Assembly (NCBI GenBank): GCA_035541795.1
Contig: DATKMR010000019.1
Location: 132,977-196,976, forward strand
DNA length: 64,000 nucleotides
Reading direction: 5' to 3'
Origin: Bacteroidales bacterium
GTDB lineage: Bacteria > Bacteroidota > Bacteroidia > Bacteroidales > VadinHA17
A program made the translations under genes and the position numbers. Shown one piece after another: positions 29,652-39,058 of the stretch; the first letter of the stretch is position 1; each line of letters starts with the position of its first letter. Under the pieces are notes generated by a model. It had not been told where the DNA came from and did no database searches. It saw only the letters and a program-made list of their open reading frames with translations.

Positions 29652-30848
29652 TTGAAAAATATAGCAGCCGGGAGGGTTAAGATTGTCCTGAAATCCGGCA
29701 AGGATCAGTCAGCTCGCAGATTTCACCCATGGATTTTCTCGGGTGCAATAAAAAAGATCTATGGTGACCCTTGCGAGGGGGACCTTGTAGAGGTTTTTGA
29801 CAACAAGGATGAATTCCTGGCAACGGGACATTATCAGCCGGGATCGATTGCGATCCGTGTCCTTTCATTTGCCAGCGAAAAAATCGACACCGGGTTTTTC
29901 AGGAACAGGCTGCGCTCTGCAATAAACTACAGAAAATCTATTGGCCTTGCCGGGAACGATCTTACAAATGTGTACAGGCTGATCCATGCCGAGGGTGATA
30001 ATCTTCCGGGCCTTATTGTCGACTTCTATAATGGTGTCGCGGTCATGCAGATGCATTCCGTTGGCATGTACAGGATGCGGGAGGAGATTGCCGGACTGTT
30101 AAAAGAGCTGATGGGCGATTCGCTGAAAGCGGTTTTTGACAAGAGCGAAGGGACAATACCGTTCATGTCGGGGATAAAACCTCAGAATGAATTTCTCACA
30201 GGCAAATCAGACCCTGTGACCGTGACTGAACAGGGATTTAAGTTTTCAATAGACTGGACCTCTGGTCAGAAGACAGGGTTTTTTATCGATCAGCGAGAAA
30301 ACAGGAAGATGTTGCAATACTACACAGCCTCAAAGGATGTTCTTAATATGTTTGCGTACACCGGGGGCTTTTCGGTTTATGCACTCTCAAATGCAAACAG
30401 CGTGCATACCGTCGACAGTTCTGCAGGTGCGATTGATCTGGCCGATGAAAATGTGAAAATTAACTTTGGCGACGATCCCAGGCATAAGTCATTTAAAACC
30501 GATGCATTTGAATTCCTGAACGATATCAGGAACAAATATGATGTGATAATTCTCGACCCGCCCGCTTTTGCAAAACATAATGATGTGCTTTCAAATGCAC
30601 TTCAGGGTTATAAAAGGCTGAACATGAAAGCTATTGAACAGATCCGCCCCGGCGGCATAATTTTTACTTTCTCCTGCTCACAGGTAGTGACACGCGAGAA
30701 TTTCAGAAAATCTGTCTTTGCTGCAGCTGCAAATACAGGGAGAAATGTCAGGATTCTGCATCAGCTCAGCCAGCCCCCCGACCATCCGGTTAATATTTAT
30801 CACCCCGAGAGTGAATACCTCAAAGGGCTGGTGCTTTATGTGGAATGA
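29652..30848 (+). CDS. rlmI: 23S rRNA m5C methyltransferase RlmI-like (class I SAM MTase with PUA-like N-terminus)
   Basis: Conserved RlmI-like layout (...HPWIFSGAI..., YRLIHAEGDNLPGLIVD, FAYTGGFS, ILDPPAF). TTG start. Confidence 0.8.
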   Translation: MKNIAAGRVKIVLKSGKDQSARRFHPWIFSGAIKKIYGDPCEGDLVEVFDNKDEFLATGHYQPGSIAIRVLSFASEKIDTGFFRNRLRSAINYRKSIGLAGNDLTNVYRLIHAEGDNLPGLIVDFYNGVAVMQMHSVGMYRMREEIAGLLKELMGDSLKAVFDKSEGTIPFMSGIKPQNEFLTGKSDPVTVTEQGFKFSIDWTSGQKTGFFIDQRENRKMLQYYTASKDVLNMFAYTGGFSVYALSNANSVHTVDSSAGAIDLADENVKINFGDDPRHKSFKTDAFEFLNDIRNKYDVIILDPPAFAKHNDVLSNALQGYKRLNMKAIEQIRPGGIIFTFSCSQVVTRENFRKSVFAAAANTGRNVRILHQLSQPPDHPVNIYHPESEYLKGLVLYVE

Positions 30849-30852
30849 TTAA

Positions 30853-30913
30853 GAAGGTTTGAGGTTTAAGGTTTGAGGTTTTAGGTTTAAGGTTTATAGT
30901 TTAAGGTATAAGG
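30853..30913 (+). repeat. Heptamer tandem repeat (AGGTTTR) x about 8-9, filling the rlmI-tex spacer
   Basis: Reads AGGTTTG AGGTTTA AGGTTTG AGGTTTT AGGTTTA AGGTTTA TAGTTTA AGGTATA AGGTG and runs straight into the tex start. Confidence 0.9.
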
Positions 30914-33063
30914 TGATGGCAGTAAATAAGAAGGTTGAATTAATAGCGGGAAAACTCGGGCTTCATGAATGGCAGGTAGAAAACACCATCAGGTTGCTCG
31001 GCGATGGTGCAACAATCCCGTTTATAAGCAGGTACAGGAAAGAAATGACAGGGAGCCTCGATGAAGTTAAGCTGCTTCATATAAAGGAGGAGTACGAAAG
31101 ACTGGGTGAGCTCGAAAAAAGAAGGGATGCTATAATTAAATCGGTTGAAGAACAGGGGAAAATGACCCCTGATCTTCACGAAAAAATTGAAAAGGCGCTT
31201 ACAATGGCCGAACTGGAGGATATTTACCTTCCTTACAGGCCGAAGCGCAGGACCAGGGCCACAATTGCAAAAGAAAACGGGCTTGAGCCGCTCGCGGCTG
31301 AAATCCTGAAACAGGAACTGAAGGATCCTTATATTGAAGCTGAAAAGTATTTAAGCGAAAATGTAAAGGATTCCTCTGAAGCAATTGCCGGTGCATCTGA
31401 TATAATTGCTGAGTGGGTAAATGAAGATGAGAAGGTAAGGAAGCTGCTCCGTTCACTGTTTGAAAAGGAAGCGGTAATATATTCGAAAATTATAAAGGGC
31501 AGGGAACAGGAAGGTATCAAGTATTCAGACTACTACGATTGGTCGGAGCCTCTTCGCAAATGCCCTTCGCACAGGCTCCTGGCCATGAGACGGGGTGAGG
31601 AGGAAGGATTCCTGCGACTGGCGATCGAACCAGATGATAAACATGCACTGGATATACTGGAGAGGCAGTATGTCAGGTCGGGAAATGCGTGCGGCGTGAT
31701 CGTAAAAGAGGCGGTTAAGGACAGCTGGAAAAGGCTTCTTTCATCTTCAATGGAAACTGAATTCAGAAACATCTCAAAGGAGGAAGCCGATGAAGAGGCT
31801 ATCAGGGTCTTCGCTGAAAACCTCAGGCAGCTTCTTCTGGCATCCCCGCTCGGAGAGAAAAACGTCCTGGCAATCGACCCCGGTTTCCGGACTGGATGCA
31901 AGCTCGTATGTCTCGACAGGCAGGGAACCCTTGTACATAACGAGACTATTTACCCGCATCCTCCCCAGAATGAAACTGCTGCTTCTGTACGAAAGATATT
32001 AACGCTTGTAAGCGCTTACAAAATCGAAGCTATTGCCATCGGTAACGGTACTGCCAGCAGGGAAACAGAGGATTTCATGCGCTGGATTAAATTCGACCGC
32101 GACCTGCAGGTGTTTGTGGTAAGTGAAGCAGGTGCTTCGGTTTACTCTGCATCAAAAATTGCCAGGGATGAATTTCCCGATTATGATGTTACCGTGAGAG
32201 GAGCGATTTCGATCGGTCGCAGACTGATGGATCCATTGGCAGAGCTTGTTAAAATAGATCCAAAATCAATAGGCGTAGGGCAGTACCAGCATGATGTCGA
32301 CCAGGCAAAACTTCAGGAGGCACTCGATAATGTGGTTAAGAGCTGCGTGAATGCCGTGGGTGTCGAAGTCAATACCTCATCGGGTCACCTTCTGACATAT
32401 GTTTCCGGACTGGGACCCCAGCTGGCTCAGAATATTGTCGATTACAGGACTGAAAACGGACCTTTTAAGTCGAGAAGCGAGCTTCTCAGGGTGAAAAGGA
32501 TGGGGGCGAAAGCCTTTGAGCAAAGTGCCGGGTTCCTCAGGATAAGAGGTGCAATGAATCCATTGGATTTCAGCGCGGTTCATCCCGAAAGCTACCATGT
32601 TGTTGAGAGTATGGCAAAAGATGCAGGTGTGGAGATTGCAGATCTCATCTCAAGCGAGGATGCAAGGAAGAAGATCAACCTTGAAAAGTACGTCACGGAA
32701 AAAACAGGTCTTCCAACTTTGAAGGATATCATCGACGAACTTGCAAGACCGGGCAGGGACCCAAGAACGAAAATCAGGGAATTCAGGTTTGCGGATATTC
32801 ATTCGATAGATGATGTGCAGGAAGGGATGGTTGTCCCCGGAATAGTTACAAATATTACCAAATTCGGTGCCTTTGTCGATATCGGGGTAAAGCAGGATGG
32901 ACTGGTGCATATTTCAAATCTCAGGAAAGGATTTGTAAAGGATCCGACCGAGGTGGTAAAGCTTCACCAGCACGTTATGGTAAGAGTTCTCCAGGTCGAC
33001 CAGGAACGAAAGCGCATACAACTTTCAATGAAGGATGTTAATGAGAGCCGGACTGAAAAATAA
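30913..33063 (+). CDS. tex: Tex-like transcription accessory protein (S1 RNA-binding)
   Basis: N-terminus ...IPFISRYRKE..., a YqgF-like domain, HhH motifs, and a C-terminal S1 domain (GIVTNITKFGAFVDIG). Start is GTG 30913 or ATG 30916. Confidence 0.92.
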   Translation: MMAVNKKVELIAGKLGLHEWQVENTIRLLGDGATIPFISRYRKEMTGSLDEVKLLHIKEEYERLGELEKRRDAIIKSVEEQGKMTPDLHEKIEKALTMAELEDIYLPYRPKRRTRATIAKENGLEPLAAEILKQELKDPYIEAEKYLSENVKDSSEAIAGASDIIAEWVNEDEKVRKLLRSLFEKEAVIYSKIIKGREQEGIKYSDYYDWSEPLRKCPSHRLLAMRRGEEEGFLRLAIEPDDKHALDILERQYVRSGNACGVIVKEAVKDSWKRLLSSSMETEFRNISKEEADEEAIRVFAENLRQLLLASPLGEKNVLAIDPGFRTGCKLVCLDRQGTLVHNETIYPHPPQNETAASVRKILTLVSAYKIEAIAIGNGTASRETEDFMRWIKFDRDLQVFVVSEAGASVYSASKIARDEFPDYDVTVRGAISIGRRLMDPLAELVKIDPKSIGVGQYQHDVDQAKLQEALDNVVKSCVNAVGVEVNTSSGHLLTYVSGLGPQLAQNIVDYRTENGPFKSRSELLRVKRMGAKAFEQSAGFLRIRGAMNPLDFSAVHPESYHVVESMAKDAGVEIADLISSEDARKKINLEKYVTEKTGLPTLKDIIDELARPGRDPRTKIREFRFADIHSIDDVQEGMVVPGIVTNITKFGAFVDIGVKQDGLVHISNLRKGFVKDPTEVVKLHQHVMVRVLQVDQERKRIQLSMKDVNESRTEK

Positions 33064-33092
33064 AAGGGCGACTCTAACGGGTCACCCTTTTA
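33063..33092. terminator. Bidirectional intrinsic terminator
   Basis: AAAGGGCGAC-loop-GTCACCCTTT with a T-run, between the convergent tex and M28 genes. There is one mismatch in the stem. Confidence 0.5.
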
Positions 33093-33116
33093 TATATTCT
33101 TGTTCGGGCAGCTAAT

Positions 33117-34673
33117 CTAGAACATGCGGGGCATGTCGTTTGTCTTCATCACGGGCTTGGCAGGGATTTTACCGTCTCTCTGTGATGCGAACCAGACAAA
33201 GGCAGCCGTGATAATTGCATTATGTCTGAGGTCGGAATTTACCAGCCGTTCGTAGGTGTCCATTACAGTGTGGTAACCACGGCCATACTCAATTTCATCC
33301 TGGATGAACTGGAAGCCGGGAAGACCCGCGCCATCGAACGAAAGATGATCGGTTCCTCCGGTATTTCGTATTGAAATGGTCGTGCAGCCCATATCATTGA
33401 ATGGTTTCATCCATTCACTGAAAATATCCCTTACAAGCTCATTCTGCTGGAGGTATATTCCCCTGTATTTTCCCGAACCGTTATCCATGTTGAAATAGAC
33501 ATCAAACTTATCCCAGTCCGGCTTATGCGCCCTGGTCTGGGGATCCATAAGATATTTTTCAACATAACCCCTCGATCCGTTCAATCCCTGTTCTTCGCCG
33601 CCCCACAAAGCAATCCTGATTGTTCTCCTGGGTGCAGCGTCAAGGCTCCTGAGAATTCTTATTGCTTCCATCATTACAATACAGCCTGACCCGTTATCAG
33701 CTGCACCGGTACCGCCATTCCAGGAATCAATGTGGGCCCCTATCAGAACGACTTCATTCTTCAGGTTCTTGTCGGTTCCGGGTATTTCACCAATAACATT
33801 CATAACTTTTGGACTGTCGAAGAACCTGTTCTGAATTTCGGCTTCCATCTTCACAGCCACGTTACGACGAAGGAGCCTTTCCATGCGCCCGGCATCCTCT
33901 GCCGGAATATTAAGTTCAGGAATTGGTTCGGGATCGCCATGCTTGTACGAGGCGCCGTTTGCCCTGGGGATATTGTATGTTCCTGAATTATTAAGGATAA
34001 GTGCCACACCTTCAGACTTCAGCATGGATGTGATTTTCATCCTGAGGGCACGCTGGGCCCTCATCGCAACCATGTCGAAAGGTGGCCTCCTGGCTCCCTG
34101 TGCCTGTGCCATCGCCAGGTCCCTGAGCTGATCGTCCGTCAGCCTTGATGCCAGGGGAGTAAAGACAATTTCATTTGTGGCGTTGGCCGGTGCCGGCAGA
34201 AGTACTATCTTCCCGGAGAGCTTGCCTTTGTATTTAACGAGGTCCGAATCATTCTGCACATTAACGAGAACAACATCGCCCTTTAGTAAACCGCCGGTAC
34301 TGCCGGTCCATGCAACAGGGTTACAGGCAAAATTGCAGTAATAAGGCTCGGTCATGGCAGCATAGGTCTTCTGGTTGTCCCATCCTCCCTGTGCAAAATC
34401 CCTTGCCTCTTCTATCCTGACGTTCTGGAGGCCGATCTGTTCCATCTTCTTCCTGGCCCATTCAGCGCCCCTGTTAAAACCGCTAGATGCAGTAAGCCTG
34501 CCACCAACAGAATCGGTGAGGCTGAATGCCATGTCGTCGATGGATGTTCCCCTCATCCCTTCCTGCTTGATCTTGTAGACCATCGACAGGTCGAGGTTCT
34601 CCTTCTGAGCGGACGTTAGTACTGGTATTAAAGCCAGTACAAAACTTGCGAATAAGAATTTCTTGATTTTCAT
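33117..34673 (-). CDS. Secreted M28-family aminopeptidase with PA domain
   Basis: Signal peptide MKIKKFLFASFVLALIPVLTSAQ. M28 metal-ligand contexts (HIDSW, DNGSGC, WGGEEQGL, GTDH). Confidence 0.82.
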   Translation of the reverse strand: MKIKKFLFASFVLALIPVLTSAQKENLDLSMVYKIKQEGMRGTSIDDMAFSLTDSVGGRLTASSGFNRGAEWARKKMEQIGLQNVRIEEARDFAQGGWDNQKTYAAMTEPYYCNFACNPVAWTGSTGGLLKGDVVLVNVQNDSDLVKYKGKLSGKIVLLPAPANATNEIVFTPLASRLTDDQLRDLAMAQAQGARRPPFDMVAMRAQRALRMKITSMLKSEGVALILNNSGTYNIPRANGASYKHGDPEPIPELNIPAEDAGRMERLLRRNVAVKMEAEIQNRFFDSPKVMNVIGEIPGTDKNLKNEVVLIGAHIDSWNGGTGAADNGSGCIVMMEAIRILRSLDAAPRRTIRIALWGGEEQGLNGSRGYVEKYLMDPQTRAHKPDWDKFDVYFNMDNGSGKYRGIYLQQNELVRDIFSEWMKPFNDMGCTTISIRNTGGTDHLSFDGAGLPGFQFIQDEIEYGRGYHTVMDTYERLVNSDLRHNAIITAAFVWFASQRDGKIPAKPVMKTNDMPRMF

Positions 34674-34818
34674 ATGAGTGAGAGTTAAATAATTGCAGGT
34701 ATTACCATCAAAAGTATTAAAAAGTTGAGTCTGCAACCTCAGAAGTTGCTGATTTAACATTTATTAACCTGTATAAAGCAGGCAATGCGGCCCCGGCTGT
34801 TTTACATCATCTCATTTA

Positions 34819-34857
34819 ACTTTTTACTTTTACCTTTTTACTTTTTACTTTTACTCC
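34819..34857 (+). repeat. Short tandem repeat (CTTTTTAC-type, period 6-8) directly upstream of mutS2
   Basis: Reads ACTTTTTACTTTTACCTTTTTACTTTTTACTTTTACT. A 24-nt stretch recurs with one mismatch at 61429-61452. Confidence 0.85.
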
Positions 34858-34861
34858 CGCT

Positions 34862-37336
34862 ATGGTTTATCCGGAAAACTTTGAGACCAAGATCGGATTC
34901 GACAGGATCAGGACAATGATTGCAGAGAGATGCGTCAGCCCGATGGGACAAAAATCGGTTGAGGGCATTCATTTCATGACTGACGCTGCTTCTGTAGAGC
35001 AGGAGCTTTCAAAAACCTCAGAATTTCAGTACATCCTTAAGTTCGAAGAAAACTTCCCTTCCGAAAATTATTTCGACATTTCTCCGACACTCGACAAGAT
35101 TAAGATAGAAGGTACATTTCCTGAAACCGGTGAGGTATTCAACCTGAGAAGATCGCTCGAGACATTAAAATCGGTTATCAATTTCTTCAAGGCAAGGAAG
35201 GACGGGAACTTCCCCGCGTTGAAAAAGATGTGTGGTGAGATTAAGGTTTATCCATATATTTCAGATGCCATCGACCGGATTATTGACCGTTATGGTAACA
35301 TTAAGGACTCTGCATCTCCAAGGCTGAAAGAGATCAGATCCGAACTGGGGTCAAAGAGCCAGGGTGTTGCCAGGAAGCTGAACTCGATACTGAAGCAGGC
35401 ACAGGCGGACGGAATTGTTGACCCTGATGCATCCGTATCAATCAGGAACGGCAGGGGTGTTATTCCGGTAAATGTTTTTGATAAAAGAAAAATCAAAGGG
35501 CTCATCCACGATCAGTCCGCATCGGGAAAAACTGTCTTCATTGAGCCTTCAGAGATTGTTGAGATCAATAATGAAATAATTGAACTTGAGTACGAGGAAA
35601 GGCGGGAGATCGTAAAGATACTCACGACATTCGCCGATAATATCAGGCCGTATTCAGAGGACCTGCGATCTTCAAACAGCTTTCTTGGAGAAATTGACTT
35701 TATAAGGGCAAAGGCGCTCCTTGGAAACTGGCTTGGATCAATAAAGCCGTCAATTGCCGGGTACCCTGTTATTTCATGGAGAAAAGCAGTTCACCCGATA
35801 CTGTTTGCATCTTTTGCAAAGACACCCCGGCGTAAAGTTGTTCCGCTTGACATCAGCCTTGGAGCCGGTGAAAGGATACTGCTGATATCCGGACCGAATG
35901 CAGGTGGAAAGTCGGTGTGCCTGAAGACTGTCGGACTGCTGCAGTACATGCTCCAGTGCGGACTTACCATCCCGGTACAGGAAGGATCGGAATGCGGGCT
36001 GTTCGGAAATATCTTCATCGATATAGGAGACGAGCAGAGCATAGATAATGATCTCAGCACTTACAGCTCCCACCTGCTCTCGATGAAGTATTTCCTTAAA
36101 CATTCTGATACCGCGACCATGGTATTGATTGACGAATTCGGCACCGGAACCGAACCATTGCTGGGAGGGGCGATAGCCGAGACAATACTCGACCAGCTTA
36201 ACAAGCACGGGGTATTCGGAGTAATGACAACTCATTATACTAACCTGAAGCACTTTGCTTCTGTTACCCCCGGCATCACCAACGGTGCCATGGCTTTCGA
36301 CAATCACCTGATGCAACCGCTGTTCCAGCTGTTTATCGGTAAGCCCGGGAGTTCCTTCGCTTTCGAGATTGCCAGAAAAATCGGCTTGCCTGAGGACCTC
36401 CTTTCAGAAGCCTCGGAAAAGGCAGGAACAAAGAATATAAATTACGACAGGCATCTCAAGGATATTGCCCGTGATAAGAGATACTGGGAGAATAAAAGGC
36501 AAAACATAAGGCAATACGAAAAAAAGCTTGAGGACCTTATCGGTGAATATGAAAAAGAGGTGGATGATGCAAAAAAGGTCAGGAAAGAGATCGTTGCAAA
36601 GGCAAAAGAGGATGCAAGATATATTCTTGAAAGCTCAAATAAGATAATTGAAAATGCCGTGAGGGAAATAAAGGAATCACAGGCAGAAAAAGAACGTACC
36701 AGGGAAGCAAGGCAAAGGATCGAGGAGTTCAAAAGCGAGGTAATGTCCGATGCAGTTGCCGGGCAGACTGATGCAGAGAAGAAGGCAGAGGTGCTGAAGA
36801 CCAGGGCGAAAAAATTCAGATCCTCAGAGAAACCGGAAGAAAAGAATGCCGTGCATCAGCCGGAAAAACCTCCCGGTAAAGGCGATGCTGTAAGGATGAT
36901 CGATACCCAGGCAGCAGGGGAGGTGGTTGAGGTTCGCGACGGCCTGGTAACGGTTGAGACTGGAAGTTTCAGGTTCAGGGTTCCTGCCGATAAAGTAGAA
37001 AGGATAAGCAGGGGAGAGCTGAAGAAAGCCCTCTCGGCAGGTCGGAGCCGGATTAGCATAGACAGTGAGATAAACAGCAGGAAGATCAGCTTTAAGCCTG
37101 AAATTGACATCAGGGGCGTGAGAGGTGATGAAGCGATACAGAGGGTGCAGGAGCTTCTCGATGATGCACTGATGGTTCAGCACAGGGACCTGAGGATACT
37201 GCATGGTAAGGGTAACGGCATTCTCAGGGAACTGATCAGGAAATATCTTGGCACGATAGGCTTCGTAAGGAGCTATCGCGACGAGCATGTTGAAATGGGT
37301 GGTTCGGGAATTACTGTGGTTGAACTGGATATCTGA
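34862..37336 (+). CDS. mutS2: Endonuclease MutS2 (Smr domain)
   Basis: Walker A GPNAGGKS, DEFGTGT, a coiled K/E-rich linker, and a C-terminal Smr domain (DIRGVRGDEA...LRILHGKGNGILR). Confidence 0.93.
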   Translation: MVYPENFETKIGFDRIRTMIAERCVSPMGQKSVEGIHFMTDAASVEQELSKTSEFQYILKFEENFPSENYFDISPTLDKIKIEGTFPETGEVFNLRRSLETLKSVINFFKARKDGNFPALKKMCGEIKVYPYISDAIDRIIDRYGNIKDSASPRLKEIRSELGSKSQGVARKLNSILKQAQADGIVDPDASVSIRNGRGVIPVNVFDKRKIKGLIHDQSASGKTVFIEPSEIVEINNEIIELEYEERREIVKILTTFADNIRPYSEDLRSSNSFLGEIDFIRAKALLGNWLGSIKPSIAGYPVISWRKAVHPILFASFAKTPRRKVVPLDISLGAGERILLISGPNAGGKSVCLKTVGLLQYMLQCGLTIPVQEGSECGLFGNIFIDIGDEQSIDNDLSTYSSHLLSMKYFLKHSDTATMVLIDEFGTGTEPLLGGAIAETILDQLNKHGVFGVMTTHYTNLKHFASVTPGITNGAMAFDNHLMQPLFQLFIGKPGSSFAFEIARKIGLPEDLLSEASEKAGTKNINYDRHLKDIARDKRYWENKRQNIRQYEKKLEDLIGEYEKEVDDAKKVRKEIVAKAKEDARYILESSNKIIENAVREIKESQAEKERTREARQRIEEFKSEVMSDAVAGQTDAEKKAEVLKTRAKKFRSSEKPEEKNAVHQPEKPPGKGDAVRMIDTQAAGEVVEVRDGLVTVETGSFRFRVPADKVERISRGELKKALSAGRSRISIDSEINSRKISFKPEIDIRGVRGDEAIQRVQELLDDALMVQHRDLRILHGKGNGILRELIRKYLGTIGFVRSYRDEHVEMGGSGITVVELDI

Positions 37337-37372
37337 AAAGGGACCAATAGAAAAGCCCGGTATTTGCGGGTA

Positions 37373-37410
37373 CAAAAAAAAGAGGGTGCAAGCGAGGCGC
37401 CCTCTTTTTA
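37373..37410. terminator. Bidirectional intrinsic terminator
   Basis: A8-GAGGGTGC-AAGCGAG-GCGCCCTC-T5, between the convergent mutS2 and DUF4097 genes. Confidence 0.75.
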
Positions 37411-37427
37411 TTTATATGTATTTTTTA

Positions 37428-38510
37428 CTAGAACAGCTTTACGGTTCCATAAGAGGTCCTTACTTTCACAACCGAAGCTGCGGCTTCATCTTTGCCGACC
37501 ACGCCACTTATCTCAGAGGAGGTATTTTCGACGATCCTCCTGGTAAACCTGAAGTTTTCATCGTTGTATTTTATCCCTCCATATGACGATTTTGCGTCAA
37601 GCTGGTAGCTTGCATTTTCTGCAATTCCCAGTCGCACACCTGAATATCTTACATCCACATCAACCGATTCAAATCCTGCCGGTATCTGATCGATATTGAG
37701 CGACCCGTAGCTACCTTCAAAGCTAACTTTCCTGGCAAGGCTGCCAACTGTAACATTGGTGTAACCTGAAGAGACAACCAGATTATTAATCTTTTCGATG
37801 TTGTAGGTATCATATTTAGCCTCTGTAACAACCGAGCTGGTCTCTCCAATCTTGAGTTTTGAATATTTGCTGTCGACGAGGAGAGCCGTACTTTTCCCTA
37901 CGGTAAAGGGACTGGTGTACCTTACATAAATATCGAGCCAGCCGGCTTCGGTGATATTTGCTTTTCCATAGGCAACGGCAATCCTGTTGAATGGCTTCTC
38001 ATTTCCCCTTGTGAGCTTACCAGCCTGAAAGCCGCCATATTTAACATCGACGTTTAAGAGGCCCCTCAGTTCATCTACATCTGTATTGCCGTACTTGTTT
38101 GAAAGTGTAAGATTGCCTGAATACGGCATTTTTACAGTATAGTTTATCTTGAAATCCCTGTTGCTGCCCCAGCCTGTAAAATTGAAGTTATCTTCTATCT
38201 CGGTTTTTGCATAGATAGTATTGCCATTCTGGCTGAAAGATACATTGATCTGTCCGAGGTATTTTTCAGCTCTTGACCTGTCGGGATGCCTGACAGTCAC
38301 TTTGACGTCGATAACAATCTGATTATTATCCCATCCTGTTACAGTTACATCGCCGTACTTGTTGCTGAGATCAAGGGTCGTGTTATTGTCCGCCTTGTAC
38401 TCCTGGTGAAAGTCTTTTGAGACCTCCTGTGCGGCTACCGATAAGGTGAAAAGCACTGATGCGGTCAGCATCAGCAGCTTTGGTTTATAAACTAACTTTT
38501 CCATTTTCAT
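37428..38510 (-). CDS. DUF4097-like beta-strand repeat protein (putative adhesin fold), secreted
   Basis: Signal peptide, then repeated (V/I)xVxxxxGxI/V strand motifs (NKYGDVTVTG, NKYGNTDVDE, SYGSLNID, SYGGIKYN, SYGTVKLF). The start is ambiguous (38528, 38510 or 38504). Confidence 0.65.
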   Translation of the reverse strand: MKMEKLVYKPKLLMLTASVLFTLSVAAQEVSKDFHQEYKADNNTTLDLSNKYGDVTVTGWDNNQIVIDVKVTVRHPDRSRAEKYLGQINVSFSQNGNTIYAKTEIEDNFNFTGWGSNRDFKINYTVKMPYSGNLTLSNKYGNTDVDELRGLLNVDVKYGGFQAGKLTRGNEKPFNRIAVAYGKANITEAGWLDIYVRYTSPFTVGKSTALLVDSKYSKLKIGETSSVVTEAKYDTYNIEKINNLVVSSGYTNVTVGSLARKVSFEGSYGSLNIDQIPAGFESVDVDVRYSGVRLGIAENASYQLDAKSSYGGIKYNDENFRFTRRIVENTSSEISGVVGKDEAAASVVKVRTSYGTVKLF

Positions 38511-39045
38511 GCTTATTTTGATTGTCACTCCTGATTGCTTTCAACTGATCCAGAATGAAATTCATTACTTCAAGTTTTGTCTGGTAATGTTCTATCATTG
38601 CTGTAATAATTCTTTCATCATTGGGATTTGCCTTAAGTTCCTTTTTCAGCTGGACATAGGTTGAATCCATGCTATTCAGCTCTTTCTCAAGTTCTGCCTT
38701 CTGTGAAGGGTTGTCACCGAAGTTGGCATTTTTAATCTCACCTTCAATCAGTCCCACCTGGTGAACATAGTAGTTCTCTACTTCCCTGTATTGCGGTGAA
38801 ACCTGTCCGAGAGCCATCCCTTTATCGCTTCTTATAAAATGATCCCATGTCCAGAGAGAGGATAGCGTTACCAGAAGTGTTACCACCGCAGCCCTGAGAA
38901 GGTATGGAACAATGCTTTTCCTTGTTGCCACGGAATGCATTCTTTTCTCGAGTTTCCAGTTGAACCTGTCGAGATGCCCCTCTATCGGTTCACTGCTGTC
39001 GAAAACGTCCTTGTTTTCCCTGATTATGTCCTCTATATTCTTCAT
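38485..39045 (-). CDS. Putative anti-sigma factor (single-pass membrane protein)
   Basis: Located immediately downstream of the ECF sigma gene. It has a cytoplasmic N-terminus, one TM helix (VPYLLRAAVVTLLVTLSSLW) and an extracytoplasmic helical domain. The call rests on context only. Confidence 0.5.
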   Translation of the reverse strand: MKNIEDIIRENKDVFDSSEPIEGHLDRFNWKLEKRMHSVATRKSIVPYLLRAAVVTLLVTLSSLWTWDHFIRSDKGMALGQVSPQYREVENYYVHQVGLIEGEIKNANFGDNPSQKAELEKELNSMDSTYVQLKKELKANPNDERIITAMIEHYQTKLEVMNFILDQLKAIRSDNQNKHENGKVSL

Positions 39046-39058
39046 GACACTGAATTTT

